A DNA stretch of 63,442 bases, the filler included, from Rhabdomonas costata (taxonomy: Eukaryota): the NCBI GenBank assembly GCA_019059605.1. It is 55 parts of 55 records of this genome, joined end to end, with 100 filler letters (N's around TTAATTAATTAA, not from the genome) between each part and the next. Parts side by side here need not be neighbours in the genome. Positions count along the whole stretch, not along the records: positions 58,923 to 59,977 come from JAHMHO010031070.1; positions 60,078 to 61,132 come from JAHMHO010031071.1; positions 61,233 to 62,287 come from JAHMHO010031072.1; positions 62,388 to 63,442 come from JAHMHO010031073.1; 51 more parts are not named here. The stretch is one strand, 5' to 3'. Position 1 is the first letter of the stretch. Every line of letters begins with the position of its first letter. The notes under the pieces are model-generated. The model had not been told where the DNA came from and made no database searches. It worked only from the letters and a program-made list of their open reading frames with translations. Position numbers and translations under genes: made by a program. Positions 59,333 through 63,442 of this stretch are shown piece after piece.

Positions 59333-62300
59333 GTGCTTTGCTTTCCTCTCCCTCCCTGCCTGCTGGCCCCGTACCGTACCCGTTACTTGGGGCAGCCCTC
59401 TTTCTCCAATGGAGGGGCGTATAGAAGATCTTGCGTGCGCGAAACAATGGTGAAGGGCAAGCTGCTCTGCTTCCTTCAACGTAGCTGAGCAGGCTTTGGC
59501 AGGGTCGGCTTGGTCATCGTTTTTCAGGAGCCTTTCGTTTACTGCTTTTGCGCCACTTTTGTCTACTCTGTGTCTTTGTGTGTTGAAACATCGCGGGTTT
59601 GTACCCCTTTTGTACGGGCATGCCCTGTGATGATGATGATGATGTTAGCTCTTTGGATTCTTCTTGGCTGGTTTGATGAGTACACGGGGACACTCACTAC
59701 TCGGTGCTTGCATTACGCTGCTTGCGTGTTGGCATAACTGCACCTTACCTACACGGTCACACCCTTTCACCCTTTCAGGACGCTTCTTCCCTCTCACACA
59801 AAGGGGACAAGCATCCCATCACCAGAAGTGTTCTGCAACCAACCGCATTCGAGAACAAACCAGTGCATCGCTACATCGCTACCAATCAGTCAGGAGCCTC
59901 CTGAGAGAGAGGATCAATAGAGTGAGGTGGCCCAGAGGAGAGGACAAAGTGATTATTAAAATTTCATACACACACACNNNNNNNNNNNNNNNNNNNNNNN
60001 NNNNNNNNNNNNNNNNNNNNNTTAATTAATTAANNNNNNNNNNNNNNNNNNNNNNNNNNNNNNNNNNNNNNNNNNNNGGGTGTGTGGGTCATTCTCACTC
60101 TTGGCGTGGAATTTTTGCTTGGTGTTTTGTGTTTGCGGGTTTCACTTTCGCGTGATGGTTTGTGCTTTGGGGTCTGGATTCGTGTCGTCGGATGTAATGT
60201 GGGTGTTTGGAAGGTAGTCATGGGTATCGAGTGCTTTGTCCCGTGGGTGGGGTGTTGATGTAGGTCTTCAGGAAGAGAGTTCGAGGTTACGGGTTCGGGC
60301 TGTCGTCTCCTGGGGTGTTGGGCGTAGGATTCACAACAGTACTGGGGGTTGAGATGCGTTACCGCCCCTTGCGTTTGGTGAGCTTCTTGTTGGGGTTGGC
60401 GTTGCGGTGTCGTGGCTTGGTCTTTGGGTTGCTGACTTTAGGTAGCGGTGCCTGTCGTCGTGGGTTTGGGCATTCGTGTTGGGCATTCTAGTTCGGGCAT
60501 TGAAGGCTACGTGTTCGCTTTTGTGGATATGGCGGTAGAACCGGTGCTTGAGTTTGCCTCTCTGGATATGACTGTAGGACCATGGTTTCGCTTCACGGGG
60601 TTGGGTGTCTAATGTGGATATGTGCTGTACTTGATGTGGGCTTCTGGGTGCCGGTGTCGAGATGGAGGGGTTGGAATTGGGGTGGGTGTGGGTTCTGCAG
60701 TTTCTTCAATGGATGCGCGCTTTCGGTATCAGTTGGTTTGGGTTTCAGGTTCCTGTCTCGGGTGTCTGTCTTCGGTATCAAGCTTTCGTTGTTATCCTGG
60801 GGATGACGCGCAAGCGTAGTGTGGGTGGGTTTTGGTGTCGGCGTTCGGTATCTTGGCGTTTGTGGTGTTTCCATCGCTGTGGTTGCTTCTTCTACTTTGG
60901 GTGTGCCGGGGGTACGTTTCTGTGTGTTGCTTGCGTGGGTTGCTGTGTTGTGTGTTTCTGGGGTGGGCTTCGTGGGTTTGGGTGTCGGATGGTGTACTGG
61001 GTGTTGGATGGGATACAATGAGTGGGTTGGTGGATTCTTGAGCTTTGTGGATGTTTGGAGGTGAAGCGCGGGGTGTAGGTGGTGCTTGGGGTGTACTGAG
61101 TGGTGTTGCGGATGCTGGATGTGGGGTTGGGTNNNNNNNNNNNNNNNNNNNNNNNNNNNNNNNNNNNNNNNNNNNNTTAATTAATTAANNNNNNNNNNNN
61201 NNNNNNNNNNNNNNNNNNNNNNNNNNNNNNNNGTTTGAGGGGGAGGCACCTGTAATACACGGGAAGCTAGAATTCTAACCCACTCACTAACTAACTAACC
61301 TACGGGCGTATCTTTTCCTGGGTTTATTTTGCTGGGAAATTTCTAATTAGCACGCTAATAATGTACCTGTTATGATTCGCCAGTCTCAGGAGGCGGCGAG
61401 TGTCATGCCATGACACCTTCTGAGGAAAGACCGAATCTACTTCGTCGAGCTGGGGTCATTTTCCAATGCCGCACAATACAGGCCCCATACACTGGTTACT
61501 GAAGAGCGTATCTCGAGCGAAAGTTCCCCCGAAAGTTAAGGACTCTTTAAGGCTGATAGGTGTCGGTGTCTCATAGCTACAATTGAAAAGGAGCAAAATC
61601 CCGATCAGTTATGTAATCTCAAGAAAGTGTAAAACTTGCGTTTGAGTGATTTTGCCCCCCCCCTCGAAGAGATTTTCGGCTTAATAATCATCGACTCCAC
61701 TTGCGCCCATGCACTCACGTGAATTCTCTGATGTTGCTGTCCGACCTTTCGCATATATTGGGATCGTTCGTAATGTTCTGGCTTAATTTCATTATACATC
61801 CTACACAGGGTGCCCTTGCCTTACGTTGGCAGCCGTTCAAATGTGTATGGTACGTTTTGTTAGAAGTATTTTTGCTTCGAACTCATGGCCGAATCAGTCG
61901 TGGTGTCATGTCCTAATAGGTGGACGAGACGTGCACCCTGTAGGGTCCGTAAAATGCTTGTATTCTCCACTTCCTCAAGTATCTTTGCACCTTTATCTTC
62001 ACGCATTTGCTGTATATGCAAAAGACGCCAGGCCTGCTTCGGCTTACACCTTTTATTCGCATGATATTCTGCATTTCAGGCGTGTACCAAAAATTGTGAG
62101 ACTGGATTGCGCCGGGAGCGCCGGGAGGACGTGTGTTCAAGATGTGCGAACAAAAGCGCATTGCGGCAGGGGCACCTCAGGCTCGCGCGAACGGCGACTG
62201 TGAAGAGCGGTCCGCCAGTGACGCTTCCCAGCACCTGTTAAGAAAACGCACTCCCTTGGAATGAACCCTATCCAACAAAACCAAAAANNNNNNNNNNNNN

Positions 62301-62694
62301 NNNNNNNNNNNNNNNNNNNNNNNNNNNNNNNTTAATTAATTAANNNNNNNNNNNNNNNNNNNNNNNNNNNNNNNNNNNNNNNNNNNNGGGTTGGGGGGGC
62401 CAGTGTTGTGTGTATTTTTTCTGTTGGGCCCGGACGCGAGACAGCGTGAAAACAGTTGGAGTGCCCAGCCGAATAAAAGGGTGATTGGGTATGGTTGGTG
62501 AGTTGAACATTAGGATGGGCTTTAAATGGGCGTTTAATGTGTAGAGTTGGTTTGGGAGGAGCTCATCGGGAAAGCAGGAAAGGTTGGCAAACGAAGTCCG
62601 AGGTGGGTGCAGGTATTGATTTGGGGGTCGAGGATCGCTTTATTTGAAGGTCCGGTGGTTATGGTTTGAGGAGAGTGCGGATGTGTCTTTACAG

Positions 62695-62841
62695 GCACTG
62701 GAGAGTGCGATGGCAGGTGCCGAGGCGGACCCGCTTTGGCAGGAAGGACTGCAGCTGGTCAAGAACCGGGAGTTTGTGAAGGCCTCCAACCACTTCTGCC
62801 GGGCCCTGCTGCTGATCAACAAGCAGTTTATCTCTGACCTG
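62695..62841 (+). CDS. Exon with a TPR-like repeat
   Basis: ADPLWQEGLQLVKNREFVKASNHFCRALLLIN fits TPR spacing; ttacag acceptor, gtgcgg donor. Confidence 0.5.
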
Positions 62842-63442
62842 GTGCGGTTTGCTTTCATGCGCCCACCACGCACCACATTCGCAAGTGGGATGCGAAGAAT
62901 GTGTGCGGGCACGGGGGGTGTGATGGTTGCCAATTCTGGTTGGAGGTGCACGGTTTGTGGATCTGCGCCTGCCCCATTAGGTTACGGAGGGTTTCTCATG
63001 GGTGGAGTACTACAGCGTGATGCTCAAAGTGGTGAAGTCCGTGGCAGAGTTCAAGCAGCTGTGGGACGCCATTCCTCCAAATTCCTTCAAGGCACCCGCG
63101 CATACGTTTCCAACTTTCCGAAATTCAATTTTGTTTGTTCTCCTGTGAACCTATTTTTTTTGGAACACCAAGGTCTGTGCTTGCTCCGTGTGGTACTCTG
63201 CTCTTTCGCACTTGTTTCTTCGTTGCCAATTGTTTTCGTTTTTTTTTGGCCACAGAGACTCTTGTGTGAGGAGTATACGAGCGTATGCGAGTATACGACC
63301 AGCAACATCTCGGGGCCCCTCGTACATACATCATCCCATCTAAGGGTACCATCATCCCACATCCATGCCATCACCCCTTGCTCGGGATTTTGCTCGGAAA
63401 TCAGGGTAGGCCAGCGGCAGCTAGCATACACGTAGGGGCATG

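Noticed and set aside
60078-61132. Pro/Thr/His-rich and Val/Gly/Cys-rich ORFs
   Set aside because: By-products of extreme G/T strand skew with many stops; probably a decayed repeat with no recognisable motif.
1101-62343. Regularly spaced TTAATTAATTAA as a CRISPR-like or biological repeat; ORFs ending in XXX-LIN
   Set aside because: It is an artificial linker inside N runs, so ORFs crossing it are artefacts.
1-63442. Gene-neighbourhood or operon inference (for example hydE near the UbiE-type gene; SIR2 + ART + PolB as a defence island)
   Set aside because: Contigs are unlinked and appear ordered by length, so adjacency carries no information.

Overview
This window is not a contiguous locus. 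It is a concatenation of 55 unlinked contigs of about 1.05 kb, joined by an artificial spacer (N44-TTAATTAATTAA-N44). Many contig ends carry G/T-only (or C/A-only) tails that look like whole-genome-amplification primer remnants. The DNA is from an intron-rich eukaryote with GC3-rich exons and weak GT-AG donors. It has respiratory complex I and possible trans-splice acceptors; a euglenid-like protist is my inference, not proven. Recognisable gene fragments: NDUFA5 (complete), a HydE-like [FeFe]-hydrogenase maturase, MCM9, pyruvate kinase, UBLCP1, phospholipase B-like protein, a CK1/TTBK kinase, a GAF domain, two histidine kinases, an arginine ADP-ribosyltransferase, a SIR2-like domain, a GHMP kinase-nucleotidyltransferase fusion, a nucleotide-sugar transporter, a UbiE-type methyltransferase and an F-box/LRR protein. 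Mobile DNA: a Polinton/adintovirus-like PolB fragment, a dead DIRS-type reverse transcriptase and several hairpin/MITE-like repeats. Main leads: (1) GA and GC splice donors that share an AG|G-x-A-Y-G signature; (2) an intron-containing HydE in an assembly that also encodes complex I; (3) a virus-like PolB contig with a 35-bp hairpin, tandem repeats and an AT tract; (4) a 6-Cys module encoded by symmetric phase-1 exons in two contigs. All calls come from reading the sequence by eye; no searches were run.
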